Positions 1-7,143 of a stretch of DNA of 17,968 bases are shown one piece after another. The notes under the pieces were generated by a model. The model was not told the origin of the DNA. It made no database searches and worked only from the letters and a program-made list of their open reading frames with translations. Location of the stretch: positions 1-17,968 of the forward strand of contig JBGQEL010000088.1 of NCBI GenBank assembly GCA_041496385.1, written 5' to 3'. The DNA comes from Candidatus Methylomirabilia bacterium. Its GTDB lineage: Bacteria > Methylomirabilota > Methylomirabilia > Rokubacteriales > CSP1-6. How positions within the stretch are numbered: the first letter of the stretch is position 1; each line of letters begins with the position of its first letter. Both the position numbers and the translations under genes were made by a program.

Positions 1-470
1 AAGGCTTTGCGCTCGCGGGAGGCTGCGAGCTGGCGATCCTGTCCGATTTCATCGTGGCGGGCGAGACGGCCGTCTTCGGCGTGCCGGAGACGACGCTCGG
101 AATCTTCCCGGGGATCGGCGGCACCCAGCTCCTGCCGCGCATCCTCGGCGCGCCGCTCGCGAAGGAGCTGATCTTCACGGGGCGCCGGATGAAGGCCGAC
201 GAGGCCCGGGCCGCGGGGCTCGTGAACCACCTGGTCCCCGCGGGGCAGGCGCGCGCGAAGGCCCTCGAGATCGCGCAGACGATCGCGCGCAACGGGCCGG
301 TCGCGGTGCGCCAGGCGAAGAAGGCGATCGCCTACGGGCTCGAGACCGATCTCGACACCGCGATGATCCTGGCGATCGAAGCGTACAATGCGACCGTGGT
401 GACCGAGGATCGCCTCGAGGGTGTCCGCGCGTTCAACGAGAAACGGAAGCCGCAGTTCAAAGGACGATGA
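1..470 (+). CDS. Enoyl-CoA hydratase/isomerase (crotonase family), 5'-truncated by the window edge
   Basis: Frame is open from position 3: GFALAGGCELAILSDFIVAGETAVFGVPETTLGIFPGIGGTQLLPR, with both catalytic Glu motifs (GGCE, PE). C-terminus EGVRAFNEKRKPQFKGR is typical of crotonases. Stop overlaps the next start (ATGA). Confidence 0.95.
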   Translation, partial: GFALAGGCELAILSDFIVAGETAVFGVPETTLGIFPGIGGTQLLPRILGAPLAKELIFTGRRMKADEARAAGLVNHLVPAGQARAKALEIAQTIARNGPVAVRQAKKAIAYGLETDLDTAMILAIEAYNATVVTEDRLEGVRAFNEKRKPQFKGR

Positions 471-1639
471 CGATGGCGAGCATCAGCCTCACCCTCACCG
501 AGGAGCGGCGCGCCCTGCGGGCCGGCGTCGCGGAGATCTGCAAGCGCTATCCCGGCGAGTACTGGCGCGAGCTCGACGCCAAGCGCGAGTACCCGGAGGC
601 GTTCGTGAGCGAGCTCACCAAGGCCGGCTACCTCGGCGCGCTGATTCCGTCGGAGTACGGGGGCGCCGGGCTCCCGATCGCCGACGGCGGGCTGATTCTG
701 GAGACCATCCACGCGTCCGGCGGCAACGCGGCGGCGTGCCACGCCCAGATGTACATCATGGGCACGGTCCTCCGTCACGGCTCCGCGGCGCAGAAGCAGC
801 AGTACCTGCCGAAGATCGCCACGGGCGACCTGCGCCTGCAGGCCTTCGGCGTCACCGAGCCGAACTCGGGCTCGGACACGACGAAGCTCCAGACCACGGC
901 AGTCCGGAAGGGCGACCGCTACGTCGTCAACGGCCGCAAGATCTTCATCTCGCGCGCGCTCCAGTCCGACCTCATGCTCCTCCTCGCGCGCACGACGCCG
1001 GTGGATCGGGTCAAGCACCGAACGGACGGGCTCTCGGTGTTCCTGGTGGATATCCGCGGGCTCCCGGGGCTCGAGATCCGGCCGCTGCGCATGATGATGA
1101 ACCATTCGACGAACGCCCTCTTCTTCGACGACATGGAGATCCCCGCCGAGAGCCTCATCGGCGAGGAGGGCAAGGGGTTCAGCTACATCCTCGATGGCAT
1201 GAACGCCGAGCGCGTGCTCGTCGCCTCCGAGTCCATCGGCGACGGTCGCTGGTTCACCGAGAAGGCCGTCGCCTACGCGGGCCAGCGCGTCATCTTCGGG
1301 AAGGCGATCGGCGCGAACCAGGGCGTCCAGTTCCCGGTCGCCAAGGCGCACACGGCCGTCGAGGCCGCCGCGCTCATGCGCGACAAGGCCGCGGCGCTGT
1401 TCGACGCCGGCGAGCCGTGCGGCGCCGAGGCGAACATGGCCAAGTACCTCGCCGCGGAGGCCGCCTGGGAGGCGGCCAACGCGTGCATCGACTGTCACGG
1501 CGGTTACGGCTTCGCCGAGGAGTACGACGTCGAGCGCAAGTTCCGCGAGTGCCGGCTCTACAAGACGGCGCCCATCAACAACAACCTCGTGCTCGCCTAC
1601 GTCGGCGAGCACGTGCTCGGGATGCCGCGCTCCTACTAG
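467..1639 (+). CDS. Acyl-CoA dehydrogenase
   Basis: 390 aa. Motifs IPSEYGGAG, FGVTEPNSGSD, YVVNGRKIFIS, IGEEGKGF, FGKAIGANQGVQF, HGGYGFAEEYDVERKFRE. ATGA overlap with the upstream hydratase. Confidence 0.96.
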   Translation: MTMASISLTLTEERRALRAGVAEICKRYPGEYWRELDAKREYPEAFVSELTKAGYLGALIPSEYGGAGLPIADGGLILETIHASGGNAAACHAQMYIMGTVLRHGSAAQKQQYLPKIATGDLRLQAFGVTEPNSGSDTTKLQTTAVRKGDRYVVNGRKIFISRALQSDLMLLLARTTPVDRVKHRTDGLSVFLVDIRGLPGLEIRPLRMMMNHSTNALFFDDMEIPAESLIGEEGKGFSYILDGMNAERVLVASESIGDGRWFTEKAVAYAGQRVIFGKAIGANQGVQFPVAKAHTAVEAAALMRDKAAALFDAGEPCGAEANMAKYLAAEAAWEAANACIDCHGGYGFAEEYDVERKFRECRLYKTAPINNNLVLAYVGEHVLGMPRSY

Positions 1640-1648
1640 GTCTCCGGG

Positions 1649-2131
1649 TCAGCGGCTCTTCGAGAGGAAGGCGCGGAGCATCCAGGCCATCTTCTCGTGC
1701 TGTTCCATGAGGCCGGTGAGGAAGTCGCTGGTGCCGGCGTCCTTGTGCTTCGTCGCCGCGGTCTCGAGGTCGTCGCGCAGCTGACGGATGACCGTCTCGT
1801 GGTCGCCCAGAAGATCTTCGAGCATGCCGGACGCGTCGGGGTGCTTGCCGGGGTGCTCCTTGAGGCGCGTCTGTCGCGTGAACTCGTCGAGCGTGCCGAG
1901 GGCGCGGCCGTCCAGGGCGCGGGCGCGCTCGGCCACGTCGTCCACGATGTCGTCGAGCTGCTCGTACTGCGCCTCGAAGAACTTGTGCAGGTCGTTGAAC
2001 TGCGGCCCCACCACGTTCCAGTGGTAGTTGCGGGTCTTGGTGTAGAGCAGGTACTCGTCGGCGAGCAGCGTGTTCAGGATCTTGACGACGCTGTGGCGGT
2101 TGGTGTCGCTGAGACCGGTGTTGGCGTGCAT
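1649..2131 (-). CDS. dps: Dps family DNA starvation/stationary-phase protection protein (mini-ferritin)
   Basis: LYTKTRNYHWNVVGPQFNDLHKFFEAQY...DDVAERARALDG ferroxidase signature and EQHEKMAWML end. Start moved to ATG 2131 (160 aa), which follows a GGAGAGGAG SD-like tract. Confidence 0.95.
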   Translation of the reverse strand: MHANTGLSDTNRHSVVKILNTLLADEYLLYTKTRNYHWNVVGPQFNDLHKFFEAQYEQLDDIVDDVAERARALDGRALGTLDEFTRQTRLKEHPGKHPDASGMLEDLLGDHETVIRQLRDDLETAATKHKDAGTSDFLTGLMEQHEKMAWMLRAFLSKSR

Positions 2132-2207
2132 GGCGCTCTCCTCTCCGTGTCGTTTTCCCTTGAGATGCCGCGGCGGCCTCCGGGGATGCACCGGGAGCCC
2201 CGCGCAA

Positions 2208-2228
2208 ACATGCTAGAGTCTAGCGCGT
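2208..2228. promoter_or_regulatory. Palindrome ACnnGCTAGA-G-TCTAGCnnGT containing overlapping -10-like boxes on both strands (dps / HMG-CoA lyase divergent region)
   Basis: Perfect 6-1-6 inverted repeat at 2212-2224. Plus strand reads TGcTAGAGT (extended -10, 2211-2219). Minus strand reads TAGACT (2222-2217). Confidence 0.45.
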
Positions 2229-2240
2229 CAGGAGGACACG

Positions 2241-3185
2241 ATGAAGCTGCCGTCGCGCGTCGCCATCTGCGAGGTCGGCACCCGGGACGGGTTCCAGATC
2301 GAGCCCGATTTCATCCCGACCGAGCTGAAGGTCGAGGTGGTGGACCGCCTCTCCGAGGCGGGTCTGCCGCGCGTCGAGGTCACGTCCTTCGTCCACCCCA
2401 AGGCGGTGCCGCAGCTGCGCGACGCGGAGGCCGTCATGGCGACGATCAGGCGGCGACCCGGCACGCGCTACGCCGCGCTGGTCCCGAACGAGAAGGGCGC
2501 GGTGCGCGCGGTGGATGCGGGCGTGGACGCGATCCACACGGTCGTCTCCGCGAGCGAGAGTCACAACCTCGCGAACGTGAACATGACGATCGCCGAATCC
2601 CTCGAGAAGCTCGGTGCGGTCCTCCGCGTCGCGGAGCGCGCGGGGGTCGAGGTCGCCTGCGGCATCTCGACCTCTTTCGGCTGCCCGTTCGAGGGCCCGG
2701 TCCCGCAGGCGCAGCTCGAGCGCGTCGTCCGGCGGCTCGTGGACATGGGCGCGCGGGCGATCGGTCTCGCCGACACGACGGGCGTGGCCAACCCGCGGCA
2801 GGTCAGCCAGACGCTCGAGCACATGCTGCCCCGGTTCCCGGGGGTCGAGTGGACACTCCACACGCACGACACGCGCGCGATGGCGATCCCGAACATCCTG
2901 GCGGCGCTCGAGTGCGGCGTCACCAACTTCGACAGCTCGGTCGGCGGACTCGGCGGCTGCCCCTTCGCGCCGGGCGCTTCCGGCAACGTCTGCAGCGAGG
3001 ACCTCGTCCACTGCCTGCACGCGATGGGCGTCGCGACCGGGATCGACCTCGACCGACTCATCGCGGTCTCGAAGCGCGTCCAGGAGATCGTCGGGCACGC
3101 GCTGCCGGGTCAGCTCGTCAAGGCGGGCCCGTCGACGCGCCGGTATCCCGTCCCCGACACCGTCGCGGCGCGACGGCCCCGATGA
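2241..3185 (+). CDS. Hydroxymethylglutaryl-CoA lyase family protein (DRE-TIM metallolyase)
   Basis: EVGTRDGFQIE, SFVHPKAVPQL, LADTTG, HTHDTR (metal-binding His pair), GGLGGCPFAPGASGNV. AGGAGG SD upstream. Confidence 0.93.
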   Translation: MKLPSRVAICEVGTRDGFQIEPDFIPTELKVEVVDRLSEAGLPRVEVTSFVHPKAVPQLRDAEAVMATIRRRPGTRYAALVPNEKGAVRAVDAGVDAIHTVVSASESHNLANVNMTIAESLEKLGAVLRVAERAGVEVACGISTSFGCPFEGPVPQAQLERVVRRLVDMGARAIGLADTTGVANPRQVSQTLEHMLPRFPGVEWTLHTHDTRAMAIPNILAALECGVTNFDSSVGGLGGCPFAPGASGNVCSEDLVHCLHAMGVATGIDLDRLIAVSKRVQEIVGHALPGQLVKAGPSTRRYPVPDTVAARRPR

Positions 3186-3742
3186 CCGCGAAGGCGCGGC
3201 GCATGCTCGCGACGATGGACCGCGCGACGGCGCTCTGGCACATCCCCGTCGTCGGCCGCGCCAAGGGTCGCGTCATCCGGCGCCTGCTCGAGCACCACCG
3301 CCCGACGCGCGGCATCGAGATCGGCTCGCTCCTCGGCTACTCGGCCATCCTGATCGCCGGCTCGATGCCGCCGCGCGGCCGGCTCACCTGCATCGAGGCG
3401 AACCCCTTCCTGGCGATGCTGGTCAGGGCGAACGCCGAGGAGGCCGGGCTCGCCCGCCGTATCCGGGTCGTCCTCGGCGACGCGCTCCGCGTGGTGCCGC
3501 TCCTCCCAGGCCGCTTCGACTTCGTCCTCATCGACGCCGCCAAGGAAGACTACCTGGACTACCTCCGCCAGCTCGAGCCGAAGCTCCTGCCCGGCGCGGT
3601 GGTCGTGGCCGACAACACCGGCATCTTCCGCCGCGACGTCGCCCCCTACCTCGCGCACGTGCGCGACCCGCACGGCCGCTACGACTCGCGCGAGCACGAC
3701 TTCGGCGACGACGCGATGGAGGTCTCGATCTTCCGACGCTAG
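3182..3742 (+). CDS. SAM-dependent O-methyltransferase (catechol/caffeoyl-CoA OMT-like)
   Basis: C-terminal part of ORF 1697..3742. The real start is ATG 3182, overlapping the lyase stop (ATGA); 186 aa. EIGSLLGYSA motif I, FDFVLIDAAKEDY and VVADN metal-binding motifs. Confidence 0.9.
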   Translation: MTAKARRMLATMDRATALWHIPVVGRAKGRVIRRLLEHHRPTRGIEIGSLLGYSAILIAGSMPPRGRLTCIEANPFLAMLVRANAEEAGLARRIRVVLGDALRVVPLLPGRFDFVLIDAAKEDYLDYLRQLEPKLLPGAVVVADNTGIFRRDVAPYLAHVRDPHGRYDSREHDFGDDAMEVSIFRR

Positions 3743-4890
3743 CGCGCCGGCACGGGCCGCGGCGCGGGGCCGGTGTACTCGGCGCGCGGCCGGATCAGCC
3801 GGTTGTCGGCCTCCTGCTCGAGCGCGTGGGCGCACCAGCCCGCGATCCGCCCGACCGCGAAGATGGACGTGCAGAAGTCGGGCGGGATCCCGAGCGCGTC
3901 GTACACGACCGCGGAGAAGAAGTCGACGTTCACCGGGAGGGAGGTCCGCGCGCGCATCGCGTCGTAGACGCGCTCGGCCACCGCGAAGAGCCGCTGCCGG
4001 CCGGTCGCCTCCGCCATGGTCTTCGCCATCGCGCGGAGCACGCGCGCGCGCGCGTCGTCCACCTTGTACACGCGGTGGCCGAAGCCCGGCACGCGCGACG
4101 CCGCGGCCCCGCGCTCCCGCTTCGACAGGCCCGCCCGCGCGCCGAGCCGGCGCTCCACGAACGCCTCGGCCCCCGCCGGATCGCCGATCTCGAGGAGCAT
4201 GGCCAGCACGTCCTCGTTGGCGCCGCCGTGCCGCGGCCCCTTGAGCGTCGCGACGGCCGCCGTCACGGCCGCGTGGAGGTCGGCGAGCGTGGCGACGGCG
4301 ACGCGCGCGGCGAACGTGGAGGCGTTGAACTCGTGGTCGGCGTGGAGCGTGAGGGCCACGTCCAGGACGCGCGCGACCTCGGGCGAGGGCGCGCGGCCAT
4401 CCAGCAGCTCGAGGAAGTACGCGGCGTGCGACGGAGCGCCCGCGGCGTCGACCGGCGCGCGGCCGGTCCGGATCCGCTGCCACGCGGCCACCGTCTCGGG
4501 CACGAGCGTCATCAGCCGGAGCGCCTTGCGGACGTTCGCCTCCCGGTCGCCGGCGCGTGTGTCGGGGTCGAGCGTCGCCGCGAACGACACCGCCGTCCGG
4601 AGCGCGTCGAGCGGGTGCGCGTCGCGGGGCAGGCGCTCGAGCAGCGCCCGCACGGGCGCCGGCAGGCCCCGCGCCGCCTGGAGCCAAGCGCCGAACGCGG
4701 CGGCCTCGGCGGGCGCCGGCAGCTCGCCGAACCAGAGAAGCGCCGTCACCTCCTCGAAGGGGACCGCGCCGGCCAGCTCGCCGATCTCGTAGCCGCGGTA
4801 GTAGAGGCGGCCCGCCTCGCCGTCCACGCGGCAGATGGCCGAGCGCGCCGCGACGATGTCCTCCAGGCCCGCCTTCCACGTCGTCTCCAT
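3739..4890 (-). CDS. Citrate synthase / 2-methylcitrate synthase
   Basis: 383 aa. GLEDIVA, GRLYYRGY, HADHEFNASTFAAR, LKGPRHGGANE (His), GFGHRVYK (His), NVDFFS (Asp), RLIRPRAEY; catalytic residues intact. SD AAAGGAGG at 4903-4896. Confidence 0.95.
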   Translation of the reverse strand: METTWKAGLEDIVAARSAICRVDGEAGRLYYRGYEIGELAGAVPFEEVTALLWFGELPAPAEAAAFGAWLQAARGLPAPVRALLERLPRDAHPLDALRTAVSFAATLDPDTRAGDREANVRKALRLMTLVPETVAAWQRIRTGRAPVDAAGAPSHAAYFLELLDGRAPSPEVARVLDVALTLHADHEFNASTFAARVAVATLADLHAAVTAAVATLKGPRHGGANEDVLAMLLEIGDPAGAEAFVERRLGARAGLSKRERGAAASRVPGFGHRVYKVDDARARVLRAMAKTMAEATGRQRLFAVAERVYDAMRARTSLPVNVDFFSAVVYDALGIPPDFCTSIFAVGRIAGWCAHALEQEADNRLIRPRAEYTGPAPRPVPAR

Positions 4891-4912
4891 GGGAGCCTCC
4901 TTTGGCTGGTTG

Positions 4913-4938
4913 TTGATTATACTTGATTAAGATTGATT
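4913..4938. repeat. Three direct TTGATT repeats at exact 10-bp period (putative operator)
   Basis: TTGATT at 4913-4918, 4923-4928 and 4933-4938 (TTGATT-atac-TTGATT-aaga-TTGATT). The only strongly AT-rich patch in the region. Confidence 0.85.
4916..4921 (-). promoter_or_regulatory. Sigma70-type -10 box (TATAAT) for the citrate synthase gene
   Basis: The minus strand reads TATAAT 25 nt upstream of ATG 4890, followed by AAAGGAGG. No good -35 is visible. Confidence 0.65.
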
Positions 4939-4952
4939 CTGCAGGCCTCGGC

Positions 4953-4981
4953 TGGACGCGACCCCTCAAGCCTGCTAGCGT
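4953..4981 (+). promoter_or_regulatory. Putative promoter of the HTH gene (-35 TGGACG, 17 bp, extended -10 TGcTAGCGT)
   Basis: TGGACG at 4953-4958, 17-bp spacer, TAGCGT at 4976-4981 preceded by TG. ATG follows 10 nt later with no SD, so the transcript would be near-leaderless. Confidence 0.4.
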
Positions 4982-4991
4982 TTCCTCCGTC

Positions 4992-5273
4992 ATGGTCGTC
5001 ATCGACGGCGAGGGCTACCTCACGGTGAAGGAGGCGGCGCGCCTGCTCGGCGTCAAGCCGGCGACGCTCTACGCCTACGTCAGCCGGGGCGTGCTCCGCA
5101 GCTACCGTCAGGGGATCAAGCGCCAGCGGCTCTACCGGCAGGCCGAGATCGAAGGGCTGCTCCGCCTGGCGCCCAGCGCCGGGCGCGGCGCCAAGGTCAT
5201 CCCGCTGCGTCCCCTCGCGCGCCGCCGCGTCGCGTCGCCGATCCCGCTCGCCGAGTCCTGGATCCGCGACTAG
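4992..5273 (+). CDS. Small helix-turn-helix DNA-binding protein (excisionase/MerR-like, HTH_17 type)
   Basis: 93 aa from ATG 4992: YLTVKEAARLLGVKPATLYAYVSRGVLRS...RLYRQAEIEGL, a classic Xis/truncated-MerR winged HTH. The TTG start at 4923 lies inside the repeats and is unlikely. Confidence 0.88.
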   Translation: MVVIDGEGYLTVKEAARLLGVKPATLYAYVSRGVLRSYRQGIKRQRLYRQAEIEGLLRLAPSAGRGAKVIPLRPLARRRVASPIPLAESWIRD

Positions 5274-5277
5274 GCCC

Positions 5278-6207
5278 GTGCGACTCGCGGCCTTCCTCTC
5301 GCCCGGCCAGGACCTGGGCGCCGGCGTCGAGCTGGCCCGGCGCGCCGAGGCGCTCGGCTACGAGAGCGTCTGGGTCACCCACGGCGCCGGCCGCGACTCC
5401 TTCCTGGTCCTCGCGGCGTACGGCGCCGCGACCTCGCGCCTGGGCCTGGGCAGCGGCGTCGTCCCGATCTATCCGCGCCACCCGGTCGCGACGGCCCAGG
5501 CGGCGCTGACGCTCTCGGAGATGACGGCCGGGCGATTCGTGCTGGGCATCGGCGTGAGTCACCGGGAAACCATGGAAGGCCAGCTCGGCCTGCCGCTCCG
5601 GGCGCCGCTCGCCGTGATGCGAGAGTACGTCGCCGTCCTGCGCGGCGCGCTGGGCGCGGGCGCCGACTTCGCCGGCACCCACTACCGCGTGCGCTGGAGC
5701 ATCGCGCTGTCGCGCCGCCCGGCGGCGCCCCGCGTCTACCTCGCCGCCCTCTCGCGGCGGATGCTGGAGCTCGCGGGCGAGCTCGCCGACGGCGCGATCC
5801 TCTGGCTCTGCCCGCCGGCGTACGTGCGCGACGTCGCGCTGCCCGCCCTCGCGCGCGGGCGCGCGCGCGCCGGCAAATCCATGGACGCCTTCGAGATCGT
5901 CTGCCCGGTGCCGCTCGCGGTCACCGACGACCCGGTTGCGGCCCGCCGCGCGCTCGGCGCCGAGCTCGCCCGCTACCTCGTCCTGCCCTTCTATCGCGCG
6001 ATGCTCGAGGCCGGCGGCCTCGGCGACGGCGTGCGCGCGTTCGATCGCGACGGCGCGGTCACCGACACGCTGGCCGAGGCGCTCGGCGCGGTCGGCGACG
6101 CCGCGCGCGCGCGGGCCTACGTCGCGGCCTATCGCGCGGCCGGCGTTCCCCGACGCCCCGTGGTACCGGCGCACGCTCGAGGAGGCGGCGGCCTTCTGAC
6201 GCCGTGA
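5278..6207 (+). CDS. LLM class flavin-dependent oxidoreductase (luciferase-like/Mer-like), probable 3' frameshift near 6145
   Basis: AEALGYESVWV, TSRLGLGSGVVPIYPRHPV, GRFVLGIGVSH, RMLELAGELADG. Codon usage degrades after 6144, while another frame gives FPDAPWYRRTLEEAAAF* ending at 6199. Confidence 0.88.
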   Translation: MRLAAFLSPGQDLGAGVELARRAEALGYESVWVTHGAGRDSFLVLAAYGAATSRLGLGSGVVPIYPRHPVATAQAALTLSEMTAGRFVLGIGVSHRETMEGQLGLPLRAPLAVMREYVAVLRGALGAGADFAGTHYRVRWSIALSRRPAAPRVYLAALSRRMLELAGELADGAILWLCPPAYVRDVALPALARGRARAGKSMDAFEIVCPVPLAVTDDPVAARRALGAELARYLVLPFYRAMLEAGGLGDGVRAFDRDGAVTDTLAEALGAVGDAARARAYVAAYRAAGVPRRPVVPAHARGGGGLLTP

Positions 6208-6222
6208 TACAACTGTAGGCCC

Positions 6223-7143
6223 ATGCGGGCCTACATCGCCTCCCGCCTCGTGCAGACCGCGCTCGTCGTCTTCCTCTCGCTCACGGCCGTTTTCGGCATG
6301 GTCCGCCTGGGGGGCGATCCGGTGCTCCTCTTCATGCCGATGGACATCCAGGCGAAGGACGTGAACGAGTTCCGCCAGCGCCTCGGCTTCAACGACCCGT
6401 TGCCGGTGCAGTACGGCCGCTTCGTCGCGGGCGCGGTGCGCGGCGATTTCGGCGAGTCGCTCCGCTACCGGCGCGACGCGCTCGGGCTCGTGCTCGAGCG
6501 CCTCCCCGCGACGCTCCTCCTCGCGGGGACGTCGTTCCTGCTCACCCTCGTCGTCGCGATCCCGCTCGGCGTCGTCTCGGCGGTGCGCCGGAACAGCCTG
6601 CTCGACCACCTCGGCACGGTGGTGACCGTGCTCGGCCAGGCGACGCCCGGCTTCTGGCTCGGCCTCATGCTGATCTACGCGTTCTCGGTGAAGCTCCGCT
6701 GGCTCCCGACCGGCGGGACGGGCACGTTCCTCCACCTCGTCATGCCCTCGATCGTCCTCGCCGCGTTCTTCTCCGCGCGCATCGCGCGGCTCACGCGCTC
6801 GGCGGTGCTCGACGTGCTCGGCGAGGAGTACATCCTCACCGCGCGCGCGAAGGGGCTGGGCGAGGGCCGCGTCGTCGGCAAGCACACCCTCCGGAACGCC
6901 GCGATCCCGATCGTGACGCTCGCGGGCCTCGAGGCCGGGCAGATCCTCGGCGGCGCCGTCATCACCGAGACCATCTTCGCCTGGCCGGGCCTCGGACGCC
7001 TCACCGTGCAGGCGCTCCTGAACCGCGACTTCCCCGTCGTGCTCGCCGCGGTGTTCCTGATCTCGGTCATGTACACGCTGATTAATCTCAGCGTGGATCT
7101 GGTCTATGGCTGGCTCGACCCGCGCGTGCGCCTGCGGACGTGA
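6223..7143 (+). CDS. Peptide/nickel ABC transporter permease (DppB/OppB-like)
   Basis: GDP, LGFNDPLPVQY, GDFGESL, ERLPATL, EAA loop EEYILTARAKGL, ETIFAWPGLGRL, DLVYGWLDPRV. Confidence 0.95.
   Translation: MRAYIASRLVQTALVVFLSLTAVFGMVRLGGDPVLLFMPMDIQAKDVNEFRQRLGFNDPLPVQYGRFVAGAVRGDFGESLRYRRDALGLVLERLPATLLLAGTSFLLTLVVAIPLGVVSAVRRNSLLDHLGTVVTVLGQATPGFWLGLMLIYAFSVKLRWLPTGGTGTFLHLVMPSIVLAAFFSARIARLTRSAVLDVLGEEYILTARAKGLGEGRVVGKHTLRNAAIPIVTLAGLEAGQILGGAVITETIFAWPGLGRLTVQALLNRDFPVVLAAVFLISVMYTLINLSVDLVYGWLDPRVRLRT

Noticed and set aside
1697..3181. Apparent 681-aa protein ending in an O-methyltransferase domain (likewise the long N-extensions of ORFs 11080..12351, 15514..16305 and 16035..17903)
   Set aside because: The extensions overlap real genes in other frames. 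True starts are at 3182, 11905, 16038 and 16928, the first three with ATGA/GTGA coupling. These are not fusions.
4913..4938. TTGATT repeats as a CRISPR array, iterons or a replication origin
   Set aside because: Only three 6-bp units with 4-bp spacers, and no cas, rep or DnaA-box context.
4992..5273. Excisionase-like gene as evidence of a prophage or integrative element
   Set aside because: No integrase, att-like repeats, tRNA or phage genes nearby. Codon style matches the host, and the context points to a metabolic regulator.
6196..6207. 12-mer CTGACGCCGTGA shared by the LLM 3' end (plus strand) and the SnoaL remnant end (12916-12905, minus strand)
   Set aside because: Several 12-bp matches are expected by chance in 18 kb of GC-biased DNA, and the flanks do not extend the match.
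6205..6217. TGaTACAAC / TACA-AC-TGTA upstream of the ABC permease as a promoter or operator
   Set aside because: The -10 lacks the conserved final T and the palindrome arms are only 4 bp, too weak to call.
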